Shown one piece after another: positions 31,599 to 41,498 of a stretch of DNA of 64,000 bases. The number at the start of each line of letters is the position of its first letter. Positions within the stretch are counted from its first letter, which is position 1. The stretch lies in contig JAXGOI010000001.1 in NCBI GenBank assembly GCA_040767605.1, positions 1,124,607 through 1,188,606 on the forward strand, given 5' to 3'. The position numbers and the translations under genes are program-made. The notes beneath the pieces are model-generated. The model saw only the letters and a list, made by a program, of their open reading frames with translations, was not told where the DNA came from and did no database searches. Origin of the DNA: Clostridiales bacterium. Lineage in GTDB: Bacteria; Bacillota; Dehalobacteriia; UBA4068.

Positions 31599-31721
31599 AT
31601 TAAGGGTTTAATTTAAGCTAAGCCTGAAACATTGTTTTTAATTTGGGATAGATGTATAATAAAGTTTAAGTCTCTTAGGCTTTTAAGGCTTTTTAAAGCC
31701 GGTGTAAAAGGGGGATTCTTT

Positions 31722-33449
31722 TTGTTCGGTAAAATACTGAAATATGCCAAAAAGTATCGGTTCTATGCTGTTATGGTTCCGGTAACGATTATTTGTGAGG
31801 TTCTGCTGGAGATTCGCATCCCGATTTTAATGGCAAAAATTGTAGATATTGGAATAGAAAACCATGATATCTCCTATGTAATGAAAACAGGGGCAATGAT
31901 GATTGTTATTTCCCTGCTTTCCTTAATTTTCGGGGCTTTGGCCGCCCTTTGGAGCGCCAGAGCGGCAATGGGCTTCGGCAGCCAGTTAAGAAAGGCCTTA
32001 TTTGATAAAATTCAGGAGCTTTCTTTTGCTAATTTAGATAAATTCAGCAATTCCTCCTTGCTTATTCGCCTAACAACGGATGTTAATAATACCCAAAACG
32101 CTTTCGGCATGGTTTTACGCATTTTAGCCAGAAGCCCGGTTATGCTGGTTAGCGCAACCTTTATGGCATACCGGATTAATGCCGGCCTGGTTAAGATTTT
32201 TTTAATTGCCATTCCTTTTTTAGGCCTGTTTTTGGCCTTAATTGCTTATAGCGCCTACCCCCGTTTTATGACAATGCTTAAAAGATACGATGATATGAAC
32301 GGCTCGGTGCAGGAAAATTTAATTGCTATCAGGGTGGTAAAATCCTTTGTGCGGGCCGGTTATGAGAAGCTTAAATTCAAAGCCGCCAATAATGAATTGC
32401 TTAAGGCCTCAATAAAGGCGGAAAGAATTTTAATTTTATCTAACCCTCTTATGTTTTTAACCATGTATAGCTGCATTGTAGCAATACTTTGGTTTGGGGG
32501 GAATATGATTGTGGCCGGAACCATGCTCACCGGCGAGCTTATCAGCTTTGTGGCCTATGTAACTAATATTTTAATTTCACTCATGATGATTTCCATGGTT
32601 TTTATTATGATAATCCTTTCCCGGGCCTCCATAAGCCGTATTGTTCAGGTTTTGGAGGAAGAGCCCGATATTAATGACGATAATGCCGACGGCAGCCTTG
32701 AGGTGGCAGACGGCTCCATTATCTTTAAGGATGTATCCTTTAAATATGATACTCAGGCGGAAAGCTTTTTACTGGAAAAGATTAATCTTAAAATTAATTC
32801 CGGGGAAACCGTAGGAATAATCGGGGGTACCGGCTCCGCCAAAACCACTTTAGTTCAGCTTATTCCCCGTCTTTATGATGTTTTGGAGGGCCGGATATTG
32901 GTGGGAGGCAGAGATGTTCGGGAATATACCCTTTCGGCCCTGCGTAAGGATGTTGCCATGGTTTTGCAAAAGAATGTGCTTTTCTCCGGCACAATAGAGG
33001 ATAATCTCCGTTGGGGTAATCCTGCTGCCGGGGAAGATATTATTCGGCAGGCAGCCGAGGCCGCCTGCGCCCATGAATTTATAGAATCCTTCCCTGCCGG
33101 CTATCAGACTCAATTAGGCCAGGGAGGGGTAAATGTAAGCGGCGGGCAAAAACAGCGGCTTTCCATTGCCAGGGCCTTATTAAAAAAACCCAAAATAATA
33201 ATTTTAGATGACAGCACCAGCGCCGTTGATACCGTTACCGATGCCTCAATAAGAAAGCGCTTAAAAGAAGATTTAAAAGGCACCACAACCATAATTATTG
33301 CCCAAAGGATAAACTCCGTGGCGGATGCCGATAAAATTATTGTCATGGATGACGGCAAAATAGTTGATATAGGCAGCCATGAAGAGCTTTTGGCCGGTAA
33401 TGAAATATACAGGGAAATTTATCATTCCCAGCAAAAGGGGGTGGCTTAA
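31722..33449 (+). CDS. ABC transporter permease/ATP-binding protein (type I exporter half-transporter)
   Basis: 6 TM plus NBD (GGTGSAKTT, LSGGQKQRLSIARAL, IILDDSTSAVD); start set at TTG 31722 after AAAGGGGGA, track ORF begins earlier. Confidence 0.8.
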   Translation: MFGKILKYAKKYRFYAVMVPVTIICEVLLEIRIPILMAKIVDIGIENHDISYVMKTGAMMIVISLLSLIFGALAALWSARAAMGFGSQLRKALFDKIQELSFANLDKFSNSSLLIRLTTDVNNTQNAFGMVLRILARSPVMLVSATFMAYRINAGLVKIFLIAIPFLGLFLALIAYSAYPRFMTMLKRYDDMNGSVQENLIAIRVVKSFVRAGYEKLKFKAANNELLKASIKAERILILSNPLMFLTMYSCIVAILWFGGNMIVAGTMLTGELISFVAYVTNILISLMMISMVFIMIILSRASISRIVQVLEEEPDINDDNADGSLEVADGSIIFKDVSFKYDTQAESFLLEKINLKINSGETVGIIGGTGSAKTTLVQLIPRLYDVLEGRILVGGRDVREYTLSALRKDVAMVLQKNVLFSGTIEDNLRWGNPAAGEDIIRQAAEAACAHEFIESFPAGYQTQLGQGGVNVSGGQKQRLSIARALLKKPKIIILDDSTSAVDTVTDASIRKRLKEDLKGTTTIIIAQRINSVADADKIIVMDDGKIVDIGSHEELLAGNEIYREIYHSQQKGVA

Positions 33450-35354
33450 ATGGCAGGTCCCGGCGGGCCCCACAGAGGGGGTATAAAAACCCGGAAGCCT
33501 AAAAGCGCCGCCAAGGCATTTTTACGCCTTATAAAATATTTGCTGCCCTATAAATTTCAGCTTATAGCCGTGGTAATTTTAGTTTTTATCAGCGCAATTT
33601 CCGGCGTGGCAGGCTCCTATTTTATTAAGCCCCTTTTAAATGACCATATTGTGCCCTATATAGGCAAATCTCCTTCCCAGCTGGAAATGCAGCCCTTTAT
33701 AAGAATGATAGTTTTAATGGCTTCAATTTACCTTGCCGGGGTTTTGGCAACCTATGGTTACAGCCGCCTGATGGTAAATATAGCCAATAGAACTTTATTT
33801 GCCTTGCGCAATGATCTTTTCGGCAATATGCAGGATCTTTCTTTAAATTATTTTGATACCCATACCCATGGGGAATTAATGAGCCGTTATACCAATGATG
33901 TGGATACGGTAAGGGAGGCCTTAAGCCAGGGAATAACCCAGTTTATTTCCTCGGTTATTACAATTTTAGGGGCCTTTATAATGATGCTTGTTTTAAGCCC
34001 CATTCTTACCTCTCTTTTAATTGTAATGCTGATTTTAATGTTTATAATTGTGAAGGTTTTAGGGGGTAAAAGCGCCCATTATTACCGTAAGCAGCAAATG
34101 GCTATCGGAACCGTTAACGGCTATATAGAAGAAATGATTGAAGGGCAAAAGGTAATTAAGGTTTTCGGCAGGGAAGAAACTGTTAAAAAAGACTTTGGGG
34201 AATTAAATGAAACCCTGCGTAAGGCGGCAACCAGCGCCAACTCTTATGCCAATATTATTATGCCTATTATGGGTAATCTCTCTTATTTTAATTATGCTTT
34301 AACGGCGTCTGCCGGGGCTTTACTGGTTATAGCCGGCAGAATGGATATCGGCACCGTGGCTTCATTTTTACAGTACAGCCGTTCTTTTTCCATGCCCTTA
34401 GTTCAAATGTCTCAGCAATTTAATGCTGTTTTAGCTGCTTTGGCGGGGTCTGAGCGGATTTTTGAGATTATTGACCAAAAGCCGGAATATGATGAAGGCT
34501 ATATTAGCTTGGTAAATGCCGAAGAGGACCGGGATAAAACATTAAAAGAGTGTGATTGCCCCACGGGAATTTGGGCATGGAAGGAGCCTGTTGGGGGAGG
34601 CGGTTTTAAATATACCCGCCTTTTGGGGGAGGTTCGTTTTCATAATGTGGGTTTTGGCTACGAGAAAGATAAAAAGGTGCTTAAAAATGTTTCTCTCTAT
34701 GCCAAGCCCGGGCAGAAAATTGCCTTTGTAGGCTCAACAGGGGCCGGTAAAACTACAATAACCAATTTAATAAACCGCTTTTATGAGGTTGAAGAAGGGC
34801 AGATAACCTATGACGGCATAGATATACGCAAAATAAAAAAAGACGATTTGCGCCGTTCTTTAGGTATGGTTTTACAGGATACCCATCTTTTTTCCGGCAG
34901 CGTAAAAGAAAATATCCGTTACGGCAAGCTGGATGCCACGGAGGAGGAAATTATTTCCGCCGCTAAAATGGCTAATGCCCATGGTTTTATCGGCCATTTG
35001 CCCAAGGGTTATGATTCCCTCCTTAAAGGAGACGGCTCTAATTTAAGCCAAGGGCAAAGGCAGCTTTTAAATATTGCCAGAGCCGCTGTGGCAAACCCCC
35101 CGGTATTAATTTTGGATGAGGCCACAAGCTCCATTGATACCCGTACGGAGGCTCTGATAGATAAAGGGATGGATACCCTTATGGCCGGGCGCACCGTTTT
35201 TGTAATTGCCCACCGCCTTTCCACAGTCAGGAATGCGAATGCCATTATTGTACTGGAAAACGGTGAGATAATTGAAAGAGGAGACCATGACCAGCTTTTA
35301 GCCCAAAAGGGTAAATATTATCAGTTTTATACCGGCCAGTCTGAGCTGGCATAA
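33450..35354 (+). CDS. ABC transporter permease/ATP-binding protein (partner half-transporter)
   Basis: overlapping stop/start TAAATG; NBD motifs GSTGAGKTT, LSQGQRQLLNIARA, ILDEATSSID. Confidence 0.85.
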   Translation: MAGPGGPHRGGIKTRKPKSAAKAFLRLIKYLLPYKFQLIAVVILVFISAISGVAGSYFIKPLLNDHIVPYIGKSPSQLEMQPFIRMIVLMASIYLAGVLATYGYSRLMVNIANRTLFALRNDLFGNMQDLSLNYFDTHTHGELMSRYTNDVDTVREALSQGITQFISSVITILGAFIMMLVLSPILTSLLIVMLILMFIIVKVLGGKSAHYYRKQQMAIGTVNGYIEEMIEGQKVIKVFGREETVKKDFGELNETLRKAATSANSYANIIMPIMGNLSYFNYALTASAGALLVIAGRMDIGTVASFLQYSRSFSMPLVQMSQQFNAVLAALAGSERIFEIIDQKPEYDEGYISLVNAEEDRDKTLKECDCPTGIWAWKEPVGGGGFKYTRLLGEVRFHNVGFGYEKDKKVLKNVSLYAKPGQKIAFVGSTGAGKTTITNLINRFYEVEEGQITYDGIDIRKIKKDDLRRSLGMVLQDTHLFSGSVKENIRYGKLDATEEEIISAAKMANAHGFIGHLPKGYDSLLKGDGSNLSQGQRQLLNIARAAVANPPVLILDEATSSIDTRTEALIDKGMDTLMAGRTVFVIAHRLSTVRNANAIIVLENGEIIERGDHDQLLAQKGKYYQFYTGQSELA

Positions 35355-35427
35355 AAAAAGCGCCTAAAGGCGTCCTACCATAGGGATTGGTAATCCCTGA
35401 AAAACTCGGCATAGTCGTGTGATACGG

Positions 35428-36117
35428 CTATGCCGTTTTTTCGTGCGTTTTCGGAATCTCGACTGCGCCGATGCAGTTGTAGATAATCTGGATGCGCTGG
35501 GTACGGACGCCATCGACCTTTTCTGCCTTGTAGACGATGATTTTCTCAATGAACTCGCGGATTATCTCTCCGTCCAATTCCGTGAAATCCGTGTAGCCCT
35601 TGACCCGTGTGAGAAAGCGGTCGATGTTGAGCGCCCTCTCTTTTGTGGCGTCGAGCATGGCTTTGAGCACCGTGGCTCTCTCCACGAGGGCTTTCTGCTC
35701 AGCCTCGTAATCGGCGGACATCCGGCTGAAACGCTCCTCCGAGATTTTCTCCATCACATGGTCTTCGTAAAGACGCTGCATGATTTTGTCCAGCGCCGCT
35801 ATCCGCACCTGCCCTTGCTCGTATTCCTTCTGCGCAAGCCGCATATCCGCAGCGTGTTTTTTCTCGGAATCCCTTTGCACCAGCTCGACAAACTCGCGCT
35901 CGTGTTCGCTGGCAAAGGCAATGACCCGCTTCAAATCGTCCATCACCAGCTCCTCGATGACCACATTGCGTATCTGGTGGGAACTGCACAAGCCCTTCTT
36001 TTTACGGTATGTAGCGCAGACGAAATATTCCTTGTCGTGCGTCCAGCCGTTGGCTCTGACCTGATACAGCTTCGCGCCGCAGTCGGCGCAGTACATCATG
36101 CCGGAAAGAGCGCCCAT
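35428..36117 (-). pseudogene. large serine recombinase (TnpX/TndX-like), C-terminal fragment only: zinc beta-ribbon plus coiled-coil; catalytic resolvase domain missing
   Basis: LSGMMYCADCGAKLY...FVCATYRKKKGLCSSHQIRN zinc ribbon; same frame upstream hits a stop at 36196-36198 and no S/R catalytic motifs are encoded upstream. Confidence 0.75.
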
Positions 36118-36272
36118 TTGGCTAATGCCGCCGTGTAAGCTGCTGCGGCATTCTGTGGGAGTGCACAGAGGTGGTGTGCCGGGTCGTTTGCCATGTCACG
36201 CAGTTCCGGCGCAACAGTGGCGTTCTTCATGCTTTTCCAGAAAGCGTCGGTGATTTTTTCGTAAGTTAACAT
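36096..36272 (-). CDS. small ORF (58 aa) overlapping the recombinase fragment start
   Basis: AGGAGG SD then ATG at 36272; MLTYEKITDAFWKSMKN...; could be a frameshifted relic. Confidence 0.3.
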   Translation of the reverse strand: MLTYEKITDAFWKSMKNATVAPELRDMANDPAHHLCALPQNAAAAYTAALAKWALFPA

Positions 36273-36289
36273 TGTAATATCCTCCTAAT

Positions 36290-36577
36290 TTAATAACAGT
36301 TTTTGCAGGTGTAGACGGCCAGCGTGTGCCGGTCGAGGTGCGGCGCTATGGAGTCCATGACCGCACCGCAGTAGGGACAATGGATGGTGTACCTGAGATA
36401 ATCCGTCATGCTGTGGGGCTGCCTTGCATGGAGCCGGTATCGATTCGGGATGAATTCTTCAAGGTATAGGTCGTGATGGTCGTTGACGCAGCCATAATCG
36501 GTGTTGCCGAACATGGGCGTTTTGTCGGTGCCGTCCATAGTGGTGTCCACAAGCGGGTGGTACTTGATGTCCGTCAT
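36290..36577 (-). CDS. small zinc-ribbon protein (95 aa), island cargo
   Basis: AGGAGG SD; C-terminal CPYC...CKNC; start overlaps upstream stop (ATGA). Confidence 0.5.
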   Translation of the reverse strand: MTDIKYHPLVDTTMDGTDKTPMFGNTDYGCVNDHHDLYLEEFIPNRYRLHARQPHSMTDYLRYTIHCPYCGAVMDSIAPHLDRHTLAVYTCKNCY

Positions 36578-36861
36578 GCGCTTTTCCTCCTGAATTTGTC
36601 ATAACGGCGTTTAAGCAGAATGGCGCGAATACGGCTGATGTAGCCTCTGTCGATGCAGTCCTGCAGCATCTGGTCGATTGTGCCGTACCAGCAGCTCCCG
36701 CCGCGACAGCGCATATTGAGATATTTGTCCTTGCTCATGTCTCTGGGAACGAGCAGGACGGCGGCGTCCTCGTGCGACTGCGGCACGACAGCCAGCAGGT
36801 GGAAAGTGGCAAGGTTCATATCCATGCGCAGGTAGCGCTCCAGTCGTCTGTTCAGCTTCAT
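36574..36861 (-). CDS. small basic hypothetical protein (95 aa), island cargo
   Basis: start 4 nt after upstream stop; Cys/Arg-rich (MRCRGGSCWYGTIDQMLQDCIDRGY). Confidence 0.5.
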   Translation of the reverse strand: MKLNRRLERYLRMDMNLATFHLLAVVPQSHEDAAVLLVPRDMSKDKYLNMRCRGGSCWYGTIDQMLQDCIDRGYISRIRAILLKRRYDKFRRKSA

Positions 36862-36865
36862 GCGC

Positions 36866-37141
36866 TCACGCCTCCACGTCGGCAAGGGGATTGCCGGAGA
36901 GGTCAAAGAAGCGTCCCTTGCAGTACGCCATCGCCTCGTCATAGCTGCCGAACACAAGGCAGGAGCAGCCGTATTCGACCTTCCATATCGGGAAGTCCGG
37001 GTCGTTGTTCTGGGAGACAGCCACAGGCTGGCCCTTGCGATTCTGTAGCAGGAAGTGGCAGTCGTAGTGGCCGCGAGAGAACATTCCTCTGTCGTTGGCT
37101 GTGAAGCGCGGCTTCGCGCCGTAGGTTATCTTGCGTTTCAT
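36866..37141 (-). CDS. small hypothetical protein (91 aa), first gene of island operon
   Basis: SD GGAGGAAAACAAC then ATG at 37141; MKRKITYGAKPRF... Confidence 0.5.
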   Translation of the reverse strand: MKRKITYGAKPRFTANDRGMFSRGHYDCHFLLQNRKGQPVAVSQNNDPDFPIWKVEYGCSCLVFGSYDEAMAYCKGRFFDLSGNPLADVEA

Positions 37142-37168
37142 GTTGTTTTCCTCCATTTGTTTGATTTT

Positions 37169-37180
37169 GGGTATATACCC
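37169..37180. promoter_or_regulatory. perfect 12 bp palindrome GGGTATATACCC just upstream of island operon SD
   Basis: read directly; overlaps probable -10 region; candidate operator. Confidence 0.35.
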
Positions 37181-37780
37181 CGTTTGAATTCGCGTTTTTG
37201 TGTACGAAGCCCCACGCCGCTGTCCGAGATGAATAGCTGTGGAGATTCGACCTCCCCCTGATAAGTACCCCAAAAATTGGACAGCCATAGTTGTCCTTAT
37301 CCGCGTTTGCAAGAGCAACGAAGCAAAGGCTGTTTCATTCTCTAAGGCGCGTAACGAGCAGAATGGCACGCTCAGTTGCGGAAGCAAGAATCTTCACGAT
37401 ATTCTTGTTTTGTTCATCCCGGACTACCAGCCGAAAAAGCGGTACAAGGTTACGGGCGAATTTGATGCCGAAAACCGTGTGATGTACTACGATATGACCA
37501 CAGCGGAGGTGTCGGAGTTCCGCGCTGTCAAGGAGTAAAGTGCCGCCGTATCGGTGGTGCTATGCCGTCGGTGCGGCTTCCTTAGGGATTTTTCTGCACG
37601 CAAAAAAGCAGCCATGCAGGAGCGTAAATGCTCTTACATGGCTACTTTCTTGTTTGCGCCGCTTGAAGCTGTCACTCAAGTTTTTTTGTTAAATCCCTGT
37701 GTGAACGCTCCAAAAAGGCGCTTTTTTATTGGCGTAAATTTGGCTTTTACCCCTTAAAGTGTTACCGGCGAAGGGAATTC

Positions 37781-38428
37781 TTATTTTATAAGTTCCTCCC
37801 ATAATTCTTCCGGGCAGATTTCTTTTAAAAGCACTTGTTTATATTCGGTTTTATTTTTAAGGCCTTTTGGGGGGTAGTCCTCTTTATTAAGGGCTTTTAA
37901 AAGCCTTGGTTTTGCCCCGGCTTCCTCCTCTTCCAGTAAAAGGCGGATAAGCTCATCCTCCCCCTGGTTAACAATGGCGCTTCTTAAGGCCTTGGCCCTT
38001 GGGCTTTGGGGTATGCAATAATGGCTCCGGCAGACAAAGGGCCGGGCATTATGGTTTCTACAGCGCTTGCCTTCAAAATTCAAAAAAATACAGGCCCCGT
38101 TTCGGCGCTTAAGGGTAATATCCCCGCAGCCGTCGCTATTAATTTTAAGGCTGCCAAAGGCATTTACAGCCTCATGAAGGGGAAAGCCGCTCTCTTCTAA
38201 TAGCTTCAGGAGGGCCGGCATATCCATGGAGGTTAAAGGGGCTCTTTCATGGCAGCAGCCGTCGCAGCCAAGGCAGCTGTTAAGGTTTTCCGCCGCAAAG
38301 GCCTCCAGGGCATCTAAATAATCCTGGCAATTAGCCTTTGGGGAAAGGATTTTTATATCATAGCCGAGGCAGGGGAAGCCCCATTCATCCTCAAAGGCCA
38401 TGGGGAGTACGGCTATATTTTTATTCAC
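37781..38428 (-). CDS. YkgJ/UPF0153 family cysteine-cluster protein
   Basis: CLGCDGCC (CxxCxxCC) motif plus further conserved Cys; overlaps folD stop by 8 nt (co-transcribed). Confidence 0.7.
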   Translation of the reverse strand: MNKNIAVLPMAFEDEWGFPCLGYDIKILSPKANCQDYLDALEAFAAENLNSCLGCDGCCHERAPLTSMDMPALLKLLEESGFPLHEAVNAFGSLKINSDGCGDITLKRRNGACIFLNFEGKRCRNHNARPFVCRSHYCIPQSPRAKALRSAIVNQGEDELIRLLLEEEEAGAKPRLLKALNKEDYPPKGLKNKTEYKQVLLKEICPEELWEELIK

Positions 38429-39284
38429 AATTAATACTCCCGGCGCAGGCCTCTATGGTATGGCGGCAAAGTATTGCGGCGGTTACCGCACCAACGCCTC
38501 CGGGTACCGGGGTAATGGCCTCAACTATGGTTTTTGCCTCATTAAAATTAATATCCCCGCAAATAAAGCCGGGCTTATCAGGGTCTTCATTTATGCCTAC
38601 ATCAATCAGAGTTTGCCCGGGGCGGGTATATTCTTTGCCAATATAAGCGGGCCTGCCAATGGCCGCAATAAGAATATCCCCCTGACGGCAGACGGCAGGC
38701 AAATTCCGGCTTTGGGAATGGGCAATGGTTACCGTGGCGTTTTCTTTTAAAAGCAGCATGGAAAGGGGCCTCCCCACCACCTGAGAGCGGCCGATTATCA
38801 CTGCCCGGCTGCCTTTAACGGGTATGGAATAGTATTTAAGTATTTCTATTACAGCCCGGGCCGTACAGGGGGCAAAGCCCATTTCATCCCCGGCAAAAAT
38901 TGCCGCGCTGCTGGTTCTGGTGAGGCAATCAATATCTTTTTTAGGGTCAATAGCCTCCCTGGCGGCTTTTTCATCAAGCTCTTTAGGCAAAGGGCAAAAA
39001 AGCAATATGCCATGGATTTTAAGATCTTTTGAAAGGGCTGTGAGTTTTTTGCTTAAATCCTTAGTTTTAATCTCGGCGGGCAGGGTATGAATCTCACATT
39101 CCATGGCTATACGCTTAGCGCATCTTTCCAAAGTTTCCTGGTAAGATATATCGTCGGGGTTTTCCCCCACCCTTACCAAAGCCATGCGGGGTATAATTCC
39201 CCGGCCCTTAAGCTCTTTTATAAGCTCTGTATTTTCGGCCTCCAGGGCCGCGGCAACCTCTTTGCCGGATAGTATTTTTGCCAT
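38421..39284 (-). CDS. folD: bifunctional methylenetetrahydrofolate dehydrogenase/cyclohydrolase
   Basis: MAKILSGKEVAA...YQETLERCAK...GRSQVVGRPLSMLL...HSQSRNL motifs. Confidence 0.9.
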   Translation of the reverse strand: MAKILSGKEVAAALEAENTELIKELKGRGIIPRMALVRVGENPDDISYQETLERCAKRIAMECEIHTLPAEIKTKDLSKKLTALSKDLKIHGILLFCPLPKELDEKAAREAIDPKKDIDCLTRTSSAAIFAGDEMGFAPCTARAVIEILKYYSIPVKGSRAVIIGRSQVVGRPLSMLLLKENATVTIAHSQSRNLPAVCRQGDILIAAIGRPAYIGKEYTRPGQTLIDVGINEDPDKPGFICGDINFNEAKTIVEAITPVPGGVGAVTAAILCRHTIEACAGSINCE

Positions 39285-39430
39285 GGCATTTTCTCCTTTT
39301 TATACTGCCTAAGTAATTCTCTTATGCCGCTTAAAAATCCTTTGTGGGGTGTTATGGGTCAAAGAGAATAAAATGACGGAAAAACCCGCTTTTTAAGGGA
39401 ATAGCCCCAGCTTTAATAAAGGATAAAAAC

Positions 39431-39459
39431 TTGAAACAACCTATATATTGTGGTATAAT
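39431..39459 (+). promoter_or_regulatory. sigma-A type promoter upstream of gyrB (TTGAAA-17-TATAAT with TG extension)
   Basis: read directly. Confidence 0.5.
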
Positions 39460-39540
39460 AAATTAGTTTAAGGTATAGATTGACAAGATACGGATTAGCC
39501 TGATAAAAAAGCGTATATATTGGAAAGCGGAGGTAATTGA

Positions 39541-41463
<1,923 letters not shown>

Positions 41464-41498
41464 ACAGTTTTTCAAACCAAAGATGCGGAGGTTAAAGT

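Larger units (their letters stand above)
35355..37760. mobile_element. higher-GC (about 55% versus about 40%) foreign island: decayed end of an integrative element carrying a large serine recombinase remnant and small-ORF operon
   Basis: abrupt composition shift visible by eye at about 35400 and about 37750; all recognisable genes on minus strand; inserted between convergent ABC and ykgJ-folD operons. Confidence 0.6.

Noticed and set aside
35419-37104. Several plus-strand ORFs of 60-240 aa inside the island (35419-36138, 35780-36064, 36653-36835, 36772-37104, 37055-37261)
   Set aside because: They lie antisense to the coherent minus-strand recombinase and small-ORF operon, lack SD sequences, and are the long random ORFs expected in GC-rich DNA.
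35353-37727. Terminal inverted repeat AAAAAAGCGCCT at both island edges (35353-35365 and reverse complement at 37716-37727)
   Set aside because: Both copies are more simply explained as the GC-stem plus A/T-run parts of Rho-independent terminators (left one terminates the recombinase fragment on the minus strand); similarity of such terminator cores is common.
37239-37757. Plus-strand ORFs 37239-37538 (99 aa) and 37554-37757 (67 aa) at the right end of the island
   Set aside because: GTG start without SD and low-complexity N-terminal sequence; the region more likely holds the divergent promoter and element-end remnants. Kept only as a possibility, not as a feature.
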